From: Actinomycetota bacterium
Lineage (GTDB): Bacteria; Actinomycetota; UBA4738; HRBIN12
Reading direction: 5' to 3'
DNA: 64,000 nt
Assembly: GCA_040881665.1 (NCBI GenBank)
Contig: JBBECT010000005.1
Coordinates: 4,652 to 68,651 of the forward strand
In this document: piece after piece, positions 1 to 9,285 of the stretch
Numbering within the stretch: position 1 is the first letter of the stretch
Layout of the letters: every line of letters begins with the position of its first letter
Made by a program: the position numbers and the translations under genes
Notes under the pieces: model-generated
What the model saw: only the letters and a program-made list of their open reading frames with translations
The model's database searches: none
Told to the model about the DNA's origin: nothing

Positions 1-27
1 TGGGAGAGTAGGTCGCCGCCGGACATC
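1..27 (+). rRNA. rrf: 5S rRNA, 3'-terminal ~25 nt only (gene runs off the left edge)
   Basis: TGGGAGAGTAGGTCGCCGCCGGA resembles the conserved 3' end of actinobacterial 5S rRNA (recalled, not aligned). Strong terminator hairpins follow at once, as at the end of an rrn operon. Confidence 0.5.
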
Positions 28-33
28 TTCACG

Positions 34-100
34 AAAGCCGCCCAGACGTCGGGCGGCTTTCGTTCGTGGTGGGCACGCCGCCCAGACGTCGGGCGGCTTT
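34..100 (+). terminator. Two consecutive intrinsic-terminator-like hairpins downstream of 5S rRNA
   Basis: AAAGCCGCCC-agacgtc-GGGCGGCTTT (34-60, 10-bp stem) and GCCGCCC-agacgtc-GGGCGGC followed by TTT (77-100). Confidence 0.6.
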
Positions 101-119
101 CGTTCGTGATGGGCACGCC
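37..119. repeat. 40-bp tandem direct repeat, about 2.07 copies, one mismatch (G69/A109)
   Basis: Positions 37-79 equal 77-119 except for one base. Each unit carries the terminator hairpin. Confidence 0.9.
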
Positions 120-326
120 TCTGAGGTGTCGCGCCTCGGTCCATCGGCCGGAAGACCTAGCCCTTGGTCCCTTGTCATCCGGGGCCCCGACCCGGGAGGA
201 TGGTCGGGTGCGTCCCGGTCGATCGGGACGAGGTTTTCCCCGCGGTCGGGCGGGGACGGCCGGGGGTTCACCCCGACCGCAAAGAACATGCGAGCCAGCG
301 GTTACCCGCGGAAGGAATCGGAGATC

Positions 327-1463
327 ATGGGACGTCACACGCGAGGCGCTCGGCGCCGTTTGATCGGATCGATCGCCGCCCTGGGGATCGTCGGAGCTCT
401 CTTGACGGCACCGGGGTCGGCCGGAGCGGCGATCGGCGCGCAGGAGATCGCCGGTGGCCTGGACATCCCGGTTACCTTCGACGTGGCCGACGACGGCACG
501 TTCCTGTACGGGGAACGGTTCACGGGCGAGATCCGCTGGTTCGATCCCACCGACGACTCCGACACGCTCTTCGTGGACGTGGGCACCGTCGGGGAGGAGC
601 AGGAGCAGGGTCTGATCAACGTGGCGCTGCACCCGGACTACCCGGCGACCCCGTACGTGTACGCCTTCGCGACGCGGATCCTTCCGAAACAGGGCGGCGG
701 GACGAAGATCCGCAACCAGCTGCTCCGCTACACGTCGGTCGGTGGGGTCGCGATGGGCAAGCCCACGGTCCTGTTCGTCAGCACCCCCGGCCCGGCGCAC
801 AACGGCGGGCGCCTGCACTTCGGTCCCGACGGCAAGCTCTACGTTTTCGTCGGTAACCACGGGATCGCGACGGCCGCGCAGAACCGCGCCAACCCGTTCG
901 GCAAGGTCCTGCGTCTCAACGATGACGGCACGACCCCCGCCGACAACCCGTTCGTCGGGCAGGCCGGGATCGACGCGCGGATCTACGCCTACGGCATGCG
1001 CAACGGGATCGGTCTGACCACCGACCCCCTCACCGGGAAGATCTGGCAGACAGAGGCGGGCCCTGAGTGCAACGACGAGATCAACCGGCTGCTCAAGGGC
1101 CGCAACTTCGGGTGGGGGCAGAACGCGACGTGCGTCACGCCGCCGAAGGCGCCTCGGAACACGAACCAGGATGGCCCGAACCCGGTGCTGCCCGCCTCGT
1201 TCTTCAAGGCGGTCGTCACCCCGACCGGCATCGCGTTCTGCGACGGGTGCGGTCTCGGCGCCGAGGCGGAGGGGATGCTCTTCGCGGGCTCGTTCAACGA
1301 TCGACGGATCCGGATGCTCGAGCCGAACGAGATGCGCCGGAAGATCGTGTCGCGGACGAACATCCTGACGAACAGTGGTCCCGTGCTGGCGGTCGAGGTC
1401 GGGCCGGACGGAACGATCTACTTCAGCGACGAGAACCAGATCCTCGAGCTGACGAGCGTCTGA
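327..1463 (+). CDS. Secreted PQQ-dependent sugar (glucose/sorbosone) dehydrogenase-like beta-propeller protein
   Basis: ORF 66..1463 trimmed to ATG 327 (MGRHTRGARRRL..., signal peptide ending GSAGAA). Family-like motifs HNGGRLHFGPDGKLY and YAYGMRNGIGL. Confidence 0.7.
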   Translation: MGRHTRGARRRLIGSIAALGIVGALLTAPGSAGAAIGAQEIAGGLDIPVTFDVADDGTFLYGERFTGEIRWFDPTDDSDTLFVDVGTVGEEQEQGLINVALHPDYPATPYVYAFATRILPKQGGGTKIRNQLLRYTSVGGVAMGKPTVLFVSTPGPAHNGGRLHFGPDGKLYVFVGNHGIATAAQNRANPFGKVLRLNDDGTTPADNPFVGQAGIDARIYAYGMRNGIGLTTDPLTGKIWQTEAGPECNDEINRLLKGRNFGWGQNATCVTPPKAPRNTNQDGPNPVLPASFFKAVVTPTGIAFCDGCGLGAEAEGMLFAGSFNDRRIRMLEPNEMRRKIVSRTNILTNSGPVLAVEVGPDGTIYFSDENQILELTSV

Positions 1464-1477
1464 GCGGAGCGCGGGAG

Positions 1478-2470
1478 ATGACCATCGTTCCGCGGGATCG
1501 TCGCAGCCTACGTGCGTTCGCATTGATGCTGCTCGCGGTAGTGTCGGCCGGGCTGCTCTCGGCCCCCTCGTGGGCGACGGGGGAGGGACCGGGCGATGCG
1601 ACGCGCCGAGGTGCCGCCCCCATGGGCGTCGCCGAGTCCGCTCATGTGATCGCTGCCGGGGACATCGCGTGCGATCCACGCGACGAGGACTTCAACGGGG
1701 GCCAGGGGAAAGACGGCCGGTGCAAGCAGATGGCCACGAGCGACCTCTGGGTGGACGCTCCCGACGTGGAGGCCGCGCTGATCCTCGGCGATGTCCAGTA
1801 CGAGGACGGCAAGCTACGGAAGTTCGAGCGCTCCTACGATCCTTCGTGGGGCCGCGGGATCGGTGTCACCCTCCCGGCCCCGGGCAACCACGAGTATCGG
1901 ACGCCAGGAGCGCAAGGCTATTTCGACTACTTCGGTTCGGTGGCACAACCCCCGGGTTGGTACTCGGCCGACGTCGGTCCCTGGCATCTCGTCTCGCTGA
2001 ACTCGACGTGCCCGCCCGTCAACTGCGCCGTGGACTCGCCGCAGGTCGAATGGCTGCGTGACGACCTCGCCGAGGATGACTCCGCGTGCACCCTCGCGTT
2101 CTTCCATCACCCCCTGATCGCGTCGGTCGGGCCGGCGGGGGATCCGTCGTTCCCCAAGGTGAAGACGTTCTGGCGGGCGCTGTTCCGCGATCGCGCGGAT
2201 CTGATCCTCGTGGGGCATCAGCACACCTACGAACGCTTCGCACCGATGACCCCGAAGCTCGTCGCGAACAGCACGAAGGGGATACGGCAGTTCATCGTGG
2301 GGACCGGCGGCAAGGACATCCACCAGCAGGACTTCGTCGCGCCGAACAGTGAGCGCCGGATCCGCAAACACGGGATCTTGCACCTAGAGCTGTCCGAGGG
2401 CTCGTACGCGTGGGCCTTCGAGACGATCGCGGGCAACGTCCTCGACGAGGGAACCGGATCCTGCGTGTGA
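1478..2470 (+). CDS. Secreted metallophosphoesterase (calcineurin-like)
   Basis: ORF 1067..2470 trimmed to ATG 1478. Signal peptide present. Motifs GDIACD, GDVQYE, GNHEY, FFHHP, GHQHTYER. Confidence 0.8.
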   Translation: MTIVPRDRRSLRAFALMLLAVVSAGLLSAPSWATGEGPGDATRRGAAPMGVAESAHVIAAGDIACDPRDEDFNGGQGKDGRCKQMATSDLWVDAPDVEAALILGDVQYEDGKLRKFERSYDPSWGRGIGVTLPAPGNHEYRTPGAQGYFDYFGSVAQPPGWYSADVGPWHLVSLNSTCPPVNCAVDSPQVEWLRDDLAEDDSACTLAFFHHPLIASVGPAGDPSFPKVKTFWRALFRDRADLILVGHQHTYERFAPMTPKLVANSTKGIRQFIVGTGGKDIHQQDFVAPNSERRIRKHGILHLELSEGSYAWAFETIAGNVLDEGTGSCV

Positions 2471-2566
2471 CCGGGCGCCGATCGGGCGCTCGTCGCCACC
2501 TCGCCCGGCAGGTTCCCCGGACGCGGCGCCGGGAGGTGTCCGTCCACCGCAGGTAGGCTGGGGCCC

Positions 2567-3364
2567 ATGCCCCGCCCCTCCCAACCTCGCCCGGCGCGCG
2601 GTCGTGGCCGCGGTCCCGCCGGCCCGAGCCGTTCGACGGCGGTCTCGACCCTGCCGAAGGACGTGGTGGGCGAGATTCGGCGTGCGGCGAAGCCGGGACG
2701 CGCCGACGAGGCGATCGCCGACCTCGAGCGCGCGACCGTGCTCCTCGAGCGCGGGGATCCCCGCGCCGCCGCCCGGGAGGCGGACAAGGCCAAGCGATCG
2801 GCTCCCCGGGCCGGGGTCGTCCGAGAGGTGCTCGGACTGGCGCACTACGGAGAGGAGCAGTGGCACGAGGCGCTCACCGAGCTCCAGGCGTACCGACGAC
2901 TCTCCGGCCGGCAGGACCAGAACCACGTGATCGCCGACTGCCAGCGAGCCCTCGGCCATCCCGAGAAGGCCGTGGCTCTCGTGACCGAGGCGTTGCGCGA
3001 TCGTGAGCTAGGGATCGAGGTGAAGGCGGAAGCGATCGTGGTCGGGGCCTCCGCCCTCGCCGATCAGGGACGCTACGACGAAGCACTCGCGATGCTCCGT
3101 CGTGCGAAGACCGATGCCGAGGTCGGGAGGGGGCCGGCCCTCCGCGTGTGGTACGTCACCGGAAGCGTCCTCGAACAGGCCGGGCGGCTCGACGAAGCGC
3201 TCACCGAGTTCAGGAAGGTCGCCCGCCACGACGCCGGCGCGTTCGACGTGCTGGAACGGGTCGCACGGCTGGAGGCCGCCGGGGCCCGCTCGGGACCGCC
3301 CCGCGGGCAAGGACGAGGATCCCGGTCCCGTACGAAGGCTCGAGGCGGTCGTGACCGCGGCTGA
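2567..3364 (+). CDS. TPR-like repeat protein, function unknown
   Basis: Intact 265-aa ORF with helical-repeat character (LGLAHYGEEQWHEALTELQAY...) and Arg/Gly-rich termini. Start uncertain. Confidence 0.55.
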   Translation: MPRPSQPRPARGRGRGPAGPSRSTAVSTLPKDVVGEIRRAAKPGRADEAIADLERATVLLERGDPRAAAREADKAKRSAPRAGVVREVLGLAHYGEEQWHEALTELQAYRRLSGRQDQNHVIADCQRALGHPEKAVALVTEALRDRELGIEVKAEAIVVGASALADQGRYDEALAMLRRAKTDAEVGRGPALRVWYVTGSVLEQAGRLDEALTEFRKVARHDAGAFDVLERVARLEAAGARSGPPRGQGRGSRSRTKARGGRDRG

Positions 3365-3381
3365 ACGGTCTGCCCGGACGT

Positions 3382-4332
3382 CTACGCCGGCGTCGAGGGT
3401 GGGTCGGTATCGGGTCGCTTGGACCAGTAGCGGGCCAAGCCTGCCCCGTTCATCCGGATGCTCGACAGCACGTCGTACTTCTCCATGTCGATCGGTTCGC
3501 CGGCATCGGTTTCGTACTCCCGCGATCCCTGCTGGGTGAGCAGGTCGGTGATCTCCTCGACGTCGGCGTCTGTCAGCAGCGCCCGGCGAACGGTCTCGCT
3601 CCACGCCAGGAGCCGCTTCTCCGCGAGCTCGCAGAAGTGTTCGACCGGGGCAACCGAGCCGAAGTGGGACAGAAGCAAGAGGCGGCCGCGTTCGCGGATC
3701 CGCCGGATACTCGCCACGCCGGCGTCGACGTCGACATCGGGCGGCGGAACGGCGGGTCGCAAGACCCCGACATCGGGGATGTGCACGCCGAGAGCGTCAC
3801 CGGTGAACACCGCGCCGGTGTCGGAGTCGACCAGGCACAGATGGTGTGACGCGTGACCGGGGGTTTCGAACACGTCGAGGGTTCGGTCCCCGAGCGAGAT
3901 CCGCTCTCCCTCCCCGGCGGCGCGGATCCGGTCCGCCGGGGCGGGGAGCACATCACCGTAGAAGCTTCGGATCCGGTCGAGCCCCCCGTAGGCGCGCGCG
4001 GTGCTGGCGACGAGCTTCGTCGGATCGGCGAGGTGGGGAGCTCCGCGCTCATGGACCCAGATCGTCGCACTCGGGAACGCATCGGCGAGCGTTCCGACGC
4101 CGCCGGCGTGGTCGAGGTGGATGTGGGTGACGATGAGGTGGGCGAGGTCGCCGGGATCGAACCCGAGCATCCGCAGACCGGCGAGCACCGACGGTGCGGA
4201 GGCTGCCGGACCGGTCTCGATCAGCGCCGGCTCGGCTCCGCGAACGAGATACGCGGAGGTCACCTGATAGCGGTCGAGCATGTGGGTGTCGATCGCAGAG
4301 ATCCCCGGGGCGACGTCGAACGTGTCCTGCAT
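3382..4332 (-). CDS. MBL-fold metallo-hydrolase
   Basis: ORF 3382..4521 trimmed to ATG 4332 (MQDTFDVAPG...). HxHxDH motif THIHLDHAGG. Confidence 0.8.
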   Translation of the reverse strand: MQDTFDVAPGISAIDTHMLDRYQVTSAYLVRGAEPALIETGPAASAPSVLAGLRMLGFDPGDLAHLIVTHIHLDHAGGVGTLADAFPSATIWVHERGAPHLADPTKLVASTARAYGGLDRIRSFYGDVLPAPADRIRAAGEGERISLGDRTLDVFETPGHASHHLCLVDSDTGAVFTGDALGVHIPDVGVLRPAVPPPDVDVDAGVASIRRIRERGRLLLLSHFGSVAPVEHFCELAEKRLLAWSETVRRALLTDADVEEITDLLTQQGSREYETDAGEPIDMEKYDVLSSIRMNGAGLARYWSKRPDTDPPSTPA

Positions 4333-4503
4333 CGGGTCGAGTGTAGTCGCGGGGTGCGCATCGACGCGGCGGTGCACGAGTCCGGTGGTACACGAGTGCG
4401 TCGGTGCCGGTCGGTAAGCTTCCATCGAACGTCGAGGGAGGGAGCTTTCGATGGTGACGGTCAACGTCGTCGTGCTCGCGGGTCGTTGAAGGCCCATGTG
4501 ACC

Positions 4504-4517
4504 TCGAACATGTTCGA
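4504..4517. repeat. Perfect 14-bp palindrome TCGAACATGTTCGA in a divergent intergenic region (candidate operator)
   Basis: Self-complementary by inspection. It creates mirror-image MFEH pseudo-starts on both strands (4510 plus strand, 4521 minus strand). Confidence 0.6.
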
Positions 4518-4614
4518 ACATGCCTATGCGTGGACACGACGGACGCGGCGCAAAGCAACGAGGGGTGAGGCGAAGATTCAGGCATCAGAGGTTCCGCGTG
4601 CGGTGGCTGCGGCC

Positions 4615-5445
4615 ATGTCGGTCGCGTCAGCGCTTGACCTGACAGTCAACGACGCGGTCGTTCTTCACGACTCGAACAAGCTCGCACTCCGTCTGCTGCC
4701 TTGTGACGTCCTTGCGCGAGTCGCACATGTAGGGCAGGAGGTCGCACAGTTCGAGGTCGAGCTTGCTCAACGGCTCGCCGAAACCGAGAGCCCTGTGGCT
4801 GCTCTGGAGCCACGAGTGGAGCCGCGCGTCTACGAGCGTGACGGCTTCGTGGTAACGCTGTGGACGTACTACGAATCGGTTGCACCTCCCGAGGTCTCAC
4901 CAGCCGATTACGCAAATGCGCTCGAGCGGCTTCATGACGGCATGCGGACGCTCGATATCACGGCGCCGCACTTCACGGATCGAGTCGCGGAGGCTCAACA
5001 GCTCGTTGCGAGCAGCGACCGCACTCCGGCGCTCGCCGCCGCGGACCGCGAGCTTCTCAGCAACATGTTGCGAACCCCGAGACGAGCGATCGAGGACCGC
5101 GGCGCACCCGAGCAGCTGCTGCACGGCGAGCCGCATCCGGGCAACGTGCTCAGCACGAAGAACGGGTTGCGGTTCATCGACCTCGAGACGTGTTGCCGTG
5201 GGCCTGTCGAATTCGACCTCGCCCATGTGCCCGAAGAGGTCAGCGGGCGTTATCCGGACGCTGATCAAGACCTGCTCCGCGAGTGCCGCATCCTGGTTCT
5301 CGCGATGGTCGCAGCGTGGCGCTGGGACCCAGGTGACCAGCTCCCGAACGGGCAACCAGCCGCGCGGGAACTCCTACGCGCCCTACGCGAGGGTCCGCCG
5401 TGGCCGGCACTCGACATCGTGATGAGCCGACTCGGTGATCCGTAG
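4615..5445 (+). CDS. Phosphotransferase enzyme family protein (APH/choline-kinase-like)
   Basis: 3' part of ORF 3853..5445. Motifs LLHGEPHPGNVL and RFIDLETCCRGPVEFDLAH. Start uncertain (ATG 4510, GTG 4603 or ATG 4615). Confidence 0.65.
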   Translation: MSVASALDLTVNDAVVLHDSNKLALRLLPCDVLARVAHVGQEVAQFEVELAQRLAETESPVAALEPRVEPRVYERDGFVVTLWTYYESVAPPEVSPADYANALERLHDGMRTLDITAPHFTDRVAEAQQLVASSDRTPALAAADRELLSNMLRTPRRAIEDRGAPEQLLHGEPHPGNVLSTKNGLRFIDLETCCRGPVEFDLAHVPEEVSGRYPDADQDLLRECRILVLAMVAAWRWDPGDQLPNGQPAARELLRALREGPPWPALDIVMSRLGDP

Positions 5446-6040
5446 GCTCTTGCCACGATGGGTTGTCGAGGCGGCCGTCCCCCCAGGAGGATCCGGTGCC
5501 ACAAACCGATCCGTGAGGGTCCTCGCGGGCACCGTCGCCGCGGAACCGGTGGTCCGCCGGCTGCCGTCCGGCGATCAGGTGACCGAGCTCAGGATCTCCG
5601 TTCCCGAGTCGGGCAGGCGGCTCCTCCCTCTCCCGGTCGCGGTGTGGCACGCCACGACCGGACCCGCCGAGCTCGAGCGCATCGGGAAGGGTGACCCGGT
5701 GCTCGTGCACGGGCAACTCGTCCGTCGGTTCTACCGAAGCGGTTCCGGGGCCCGGAGCATCACGGAGGTGGTCGCCCAGGGATCCGGAAGCTGGAGCGCG
5801 GCGACGCCCGGATCACCCCCATCGATCCGGGTGCCGACGGAGGGGAGCCCTAGACCTCCAGCGGGCGGAGCACCATGCCGGTTCGCGGCTTCGGCCAGAA
5901 GAAGGTGGACTTCTGCGGCATGCGGCGGCCGGTCGCCACGACGTCGCGGATCCGTTCGGGTGTGGTGGGGGGCAACAGGTACGCGGTCCTGGCCGCGCCG
6001 GCACGCACCGCGTGCTCCGCTTCTTGCGCGTCGTGGGTGA
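5435..6040 (+). CDS. OB-fold single-stranded-DNA-binding-like protein with Arg-rich tail
   Basis: SSB-like core VRVLAGTVAAEPVVRRLPSGDQVTELRISVP...VHGQLVRRFYRSGSGARSITEVVA. No in-frame stop before 6040, so the 3' end overlaps the convergent DUF1015 gene by 191 nt. Start uncertain (GTG 5435 or 5513). Confidence 0.45.
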   Translation: MIRRLLPRWVVEAAVPPGGSGATNRSVRVLAGTVAAEPVVRRLPSGDQVTELRISVPESGRRLLPLPVAVWHATTGPAELERIGKGDPVLVHGQLVRRFYRSGSGARSITEVVAQGSGSWSAATPGSPPSIRVPTEGSPRPPAGGAPCRFAASARRRWTSAACGGRSPRRRGSVRVWWGATGTRSWPRRHAPRAPLLARRG

Positions 6041-7037
6041 ACCGGATCTCCCCCTGCTCCACCTGTCTGGCGAACCCCGGGACCTGGTGCAGCGCGCGGA
6101 CCGCGGGCGCGGGTCCGTGCAGGACGAGGGTGTGCCAGATCGGTTCGCCGCCCCCGCGTCCCTCGTCCGAGGTGAGCACCGCGATTGTGGGGACGGGTCC
6201 GTCGGAGAGCGCTCTGGTCGCCTCGGCACGGTTCCTCGCCGGTCGAAGCTCCACGTCGCCGGGAGGATCGGCGGTGCCGACACGGTGGATCGGCAGCACG
6301 GGCGGATCCTCGGTAGCCCCGTCGACCAGCAACATCATCAGCCGGTCCCAAGGACCGGGACCGTGCGCGGACCCCATCTCGTCGCGGTAGCGCAGCGCCG
6401 TCGTATAGCGGTGGTGTCCGTCGGCGACCAACAGCACGTCGTCCGACGGGGGATCGGGAGCGGGGCCGGGTCGGGTCCACAGCCGATGTCGCGTACCGCT
6501 CCCGTCGGTGACCTCGATCGCCGGCAGGGTTCTGGCGGCCTCGTCGAGCGCGGCGGTGAGTGCGGGTCGCGGGCCCGGATACAACGCGTACACGGGCGAC
6601 ACGTTCGCCCGAAGTGCGCGGAGCAGACGCAGTCGATCCTCGACCGGACCGGGCATCACCTCCTCGTGGGGGAGCACTCCCTCTCCCCACGGGGTCAACT
6701 CGACCGTGGCGATCAACCCCCGGATACTGCGCGGCGCCCCGTCGAGCTCGAACCGCATCTCGTAGACGAACGTCGATGGGACGGGGGTCGGGCACAGCAC
6801 CCTCGACCGTCGCCAGGTCTCGAGGAGCGAGGCCGCACGCGTATACTTGTTGTCGTGCTCGTCGTCTCCGGGTCGTTCCTCCGACAGATCGATGTGTACG
6901 ACGTTGTGCGGATCGGTCGCGAGCGCGCGACGCGCGTCGATACCGACGGTGTCGTACGGCGGCGCGGTGAGGGACGAACCGGGCCCCAGCAGGCGGGCGT
7001 CGTAGAGAAGGCCGGTGAAGGGCGTGATCGCTGGCAT
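5850..7037 (-). CDS. DUF1015 family protein
   Basis: 395-aa ORF. N-terminus MPAITPFTGLLYD and C-terminus MPQKSTFFWPKPRTGMV are typical of DUF1015. Confidence 0.8.
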   Translation of the reverse strand: MPAITPFTGLLYDARLLGPGSSLTAPPYDTVGIDARRALATDPHNVVHIDLSEERPGDDEHDNKYTRAASLLETWRRSRVLCPTPVPSTFVYEMRFELDGAPRSIRGLIATVELTPWGEGVLPHEEVMPGPVEDRLRLLRALRANVSPVYALYPGPRPALTAALDEAARTLPAIEVTDGSGTRHRLWTRPGPAPDPPSDDVLLVADGHHRYTTALRYRDEMGSAHGPGPWDRLMMLLVDGATEDPPVLPIHRVGTADPPGDVELRPARNRAEATRALSDGPVPTIAVLTSDEGRGGGEPIWHTLVLHGPAPAVRALHQVPGFARQVEQGEIRFTHDAQEAEHAVRAGAARTAYLLPPTTPERIRDVVATGRRMPQKSTFFWPKPRTGMVLRPLEV

Positions 7038-7476
7038 GGACCCCGTGTATAGCAGCAGCGATCCGCTGTGGCCCCCGAGCGGGATCCGACCTGGCGCGCC
7101 CGAGCGGTCGGAACTCGCCGCTCCTGGCTCGGTCTACGACCTGTACGCGCGTGGGGTCGCGCTGCTGCGCGACGGGCATCCCCATCAGGCGGTGACCGTG
7201 CTCGCGCGCGCGAAGGCCAGGGAACCCGAGAAGGTGTCGATCCGCGAGGCGCTCGGTCGAGCCCTGTTCATGAGCGGTCACGCTCGGCGCGCCCGTCGCG
7301 AGTTCACCAAGGCCGTCGCCCTGCAACCGACCGACGACTACGCGCACTTCGCGCTCGCGTTGGCGTGCGAGCGCACGGGCCAGCGATCCCGGGCGTTGGG
7401 CCATGCCAAGCTCGCGCAGGCGATGAACCCCGCGGTGCCCGCCTACGGTCGGGCGCTGCGCAGGCTGACGGCCTGA
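7036..7476 (+). CDS. TPR repeat protein
   Basis: ORF 7015..7476 with ATG 7036. TPR-like YDLYARGVALLRDGHPHQAVTVLARA... Its start codon overlaps the divergent DUF1015 start (CATG). Confidence 0.6.
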   Translation: MDPVYSSSDPLWPPSGIRPGAPERSELAAPGSVYDLYARGVALLRDGHPHQAVTVLARAKAREPEKVSIREALGRALFMSGHARRARREFTKAVALQPTDDYAHFALALACERTGQRSRALGHAKLAQAMNPAVPAYGRALRRLTA

Positions 7477-7483
7477 CGATCCC

Positions 7484-8311
7484 ATGGCCCTCGTCGATCG
7501 ATACCCGGTGCTGCTGCTCGACCTCGACGGGACGATCGTGCGCGGTGACGAGCCGATCCCCGGGGCCGCGGAGGCGATCGCCGGGGTGCGGGAGCATGGG
7601 TCACGGATCGCGTTCGTGACGAACAACGCTACGCGTGCACCCGATGATGTCGCACGGCACCTGGCGCGCGCCGGTGTTCAGGCGGATCCCGCGGAGGTCG
7701 TCACGTCCGCGATCGCGACCGCCGAGACGCTCGCCGCCCGGGCGGTTCGATCGGCCTACGTGATCGGCGAGACGGCGCTTCGGGCGAGCTTGCAGGCGGC
7801 CGGGATCGAGGTGCGGGATGCCTCCTCGGACGGGTCCGCGGTCGACGTCGTCGTCGTCGGGCTCGATCGCGATACGACCTACGCCGATCTGCGGGTGGCC
7901 GCCGAGCAGGTGCAGCGCGGCGCCACGCTGGTCGCGACGAACTCCGACACCTCCTACCCGGTGCCCGGTGGGGTCGCCCCGGGAGCGGGAGCGCTCCTGG
8001 CGGTGATCGAGGCGACGACGGGCTCGCGCGCCGAGGTCATCGGCAAGCCCCACCCGGCGTTGCTGGAGGCCGCGGTGGCCGCGACCGGGGGCGGAGGTCC
8101 GGTGCTGGTGGTGGGCGACCGCCTCGACACGGACGTGGCCGGCGCCGTCGGTCTGGGGTGGGACTCGCTCCTCGTCCTCACCGGTGTGTCCACGCAGGAG
8201 GAGGTACGCGCGAGTCCGGTGATACCGACGTATGTGGCGCAGACGCTCGGGGCGCTGTTGTCCGACCCGGAGCCCGACCGCGTGGTGCGTCCTGACCGGA
8301 GGCCGGCCTAG
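7484..8311 (+). CDS. HAD-IIA family hydrolase (NagD-like phosphatase)
   Basis: LLLDLDGTIVRG and IAFVTNNATR motifs. Position matches Rv1692-type synteny upstream of tlyA. Confidence 0.85.
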   Translation: MALVDRYPVLLLDLDGTIVRGDEPIPGAAEAIAGVREHGSRIAFVTNNATRAPDDVARHLARAGVQADPAEVVTSAIATAETLAARAVRSAYVIGETALRASLQAAGIEVRDASSDGSAVDVVVVGLDRDTTYADLRVAAEQVQRGATLVATNSDTSYPVPGGVAPGAGALLAVIEATTGSRAEVIGKPHPALLEAAVAATGGGGPVLVVGDRLDTDVAGAVGLGWDSLLVLTGVSTQEEVRASPVIPTYVAQTLGALLSDPEPDRVVRPDRRPA

Positions 8312-9135
8312 TCCGGACGCGGAGGAGCTCCGATCATCGGATCCGAGCGGCGGGCGAACAGCAACCATGCGACCGCGAGTCCGGCGAGGAACCCGCCGAC
8401 GTGGGCCCAGTACGCGACGTTCCCACTGAGGTCGTTCGCGATGCCGCCGACGCCACCGAACAGCTGGAGGACGAACCACGAGACGAGGACGATCACGGCC
8501 GGAAGCTCGACGATCGCGAACACGAACACGAGGGTGAGGATCCGGTTGCGGGGGAACAGCGCCAGGTACGCGCCGAGCACCGCGCCGATCGCGCCCGACG
8601 CTCCCACCATGGGAACGGTCGCCCCGGGATCGACCGCGATCTGGAGCGCGGCCGCGACGAGCCCGCCGAAGACGTACAGGAGCAGGAACCGTGACGGACC
8701 GAGCCGGTCCTCCACCCCGAGGCCGAAGACCCAGAGGAACAGCATGTTCCCCAGCAGGTGCAGCCATCCGGCATGGAGGAACATCGACGCGCCCACGGGA
8801 AGCCACCACGACTTGGCAGGACATGCGCGTCGCAAGGTCGTCTGGACCGGGGCACCACTGCCGATCCCGAGGTCGTCGTCGATCGCCTCGCGCGCCGGTG
8901 TGCCGCCGCTCGCGAGGTTCGTCCGGTTCGTGATCTCCCACGGCACGAGCCCCTCGCAGTAGTAGAAGGTCGTCTGTTCTCCGGAGGGTCCGAAGGTGGG
9001 CTGCCACAGGGTGAAGATCGCTACGTTCGCCGCGATCAGGGCGATCGTGACCCAGGGTGTGCGGGTCGTGGGGTTCCGGTCCCGGAGGGGGAGCACCGCG
9101 CGATCGTACCGCCGCCCGGGCACCGGGGATCGCAT
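8308..9135 (-). CDS. Rhomboid family intramembrane serine protease
   Basis: ORF 8308..9252 trimmed to ATG 9135. Multi-TM. Motifs HAGWLHLLGNMLFLWVFG and GASGAIGAVLGAY (catalytic Ser). Confidence 0.85.
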   Translation of the reverse strand: MRSPVPGRRYDRAVLPLRDRNPTTRTPWVTIALIAANVAIFTLWQPTFGPSGEQTTFYYCEGLVPWEITNRTNLASGGTPAREAIDDDLGIGSGAPVQTTLRRACPAKSWWLPVGASMFLHAGWLHLLGNMLFLWVFGLGVEDRLGPSRFLLLYVFGGLVAAALQIAVDPGATVPMVGASGAIGAVLGAYLALFPRNRILTLVFVFAIVELPAVIVLVSWFVLQLFGGVGGIANDLSGNVAYWAHVGGFLAGLAVAWLLFARRSDPMIGAPPRPD

Positions 9136-9285
9136 GCAGACGCACGTGGTGAGCAGGCATCGGGCCGGGGGGTATCCTTGCATCGGAACCCGTGTGCGAA
9201 GCTCCGTGGGGTGCGGGAACGGTGCAGGCGCGGCGGGTGGGCACCGAGACACGACGACGCGCCACGGAGCGGACGGGAGGCCCCG

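Noticed and set aside
37-119. Tandem repeats (37-119, 38785-38812, 57072-57101, 62019-62104) as CRISPR-like arrays
   Set aside because: Each has only about two adjoining copies with no spacers, and no cas genes are present.
4504-4517. Palindrome TCGAACATGTTCGA read as a LexA SOS box
   Set aside because: The actinobacterial/Gram-positive LexA consensus I recall is GAAC-N4-GTTC. Here the half-sites are separated by only 2 nt (GAAC-AT-GTTC), so it is not a canonical SOS box. It is kept only as an unassigned operator candidate.
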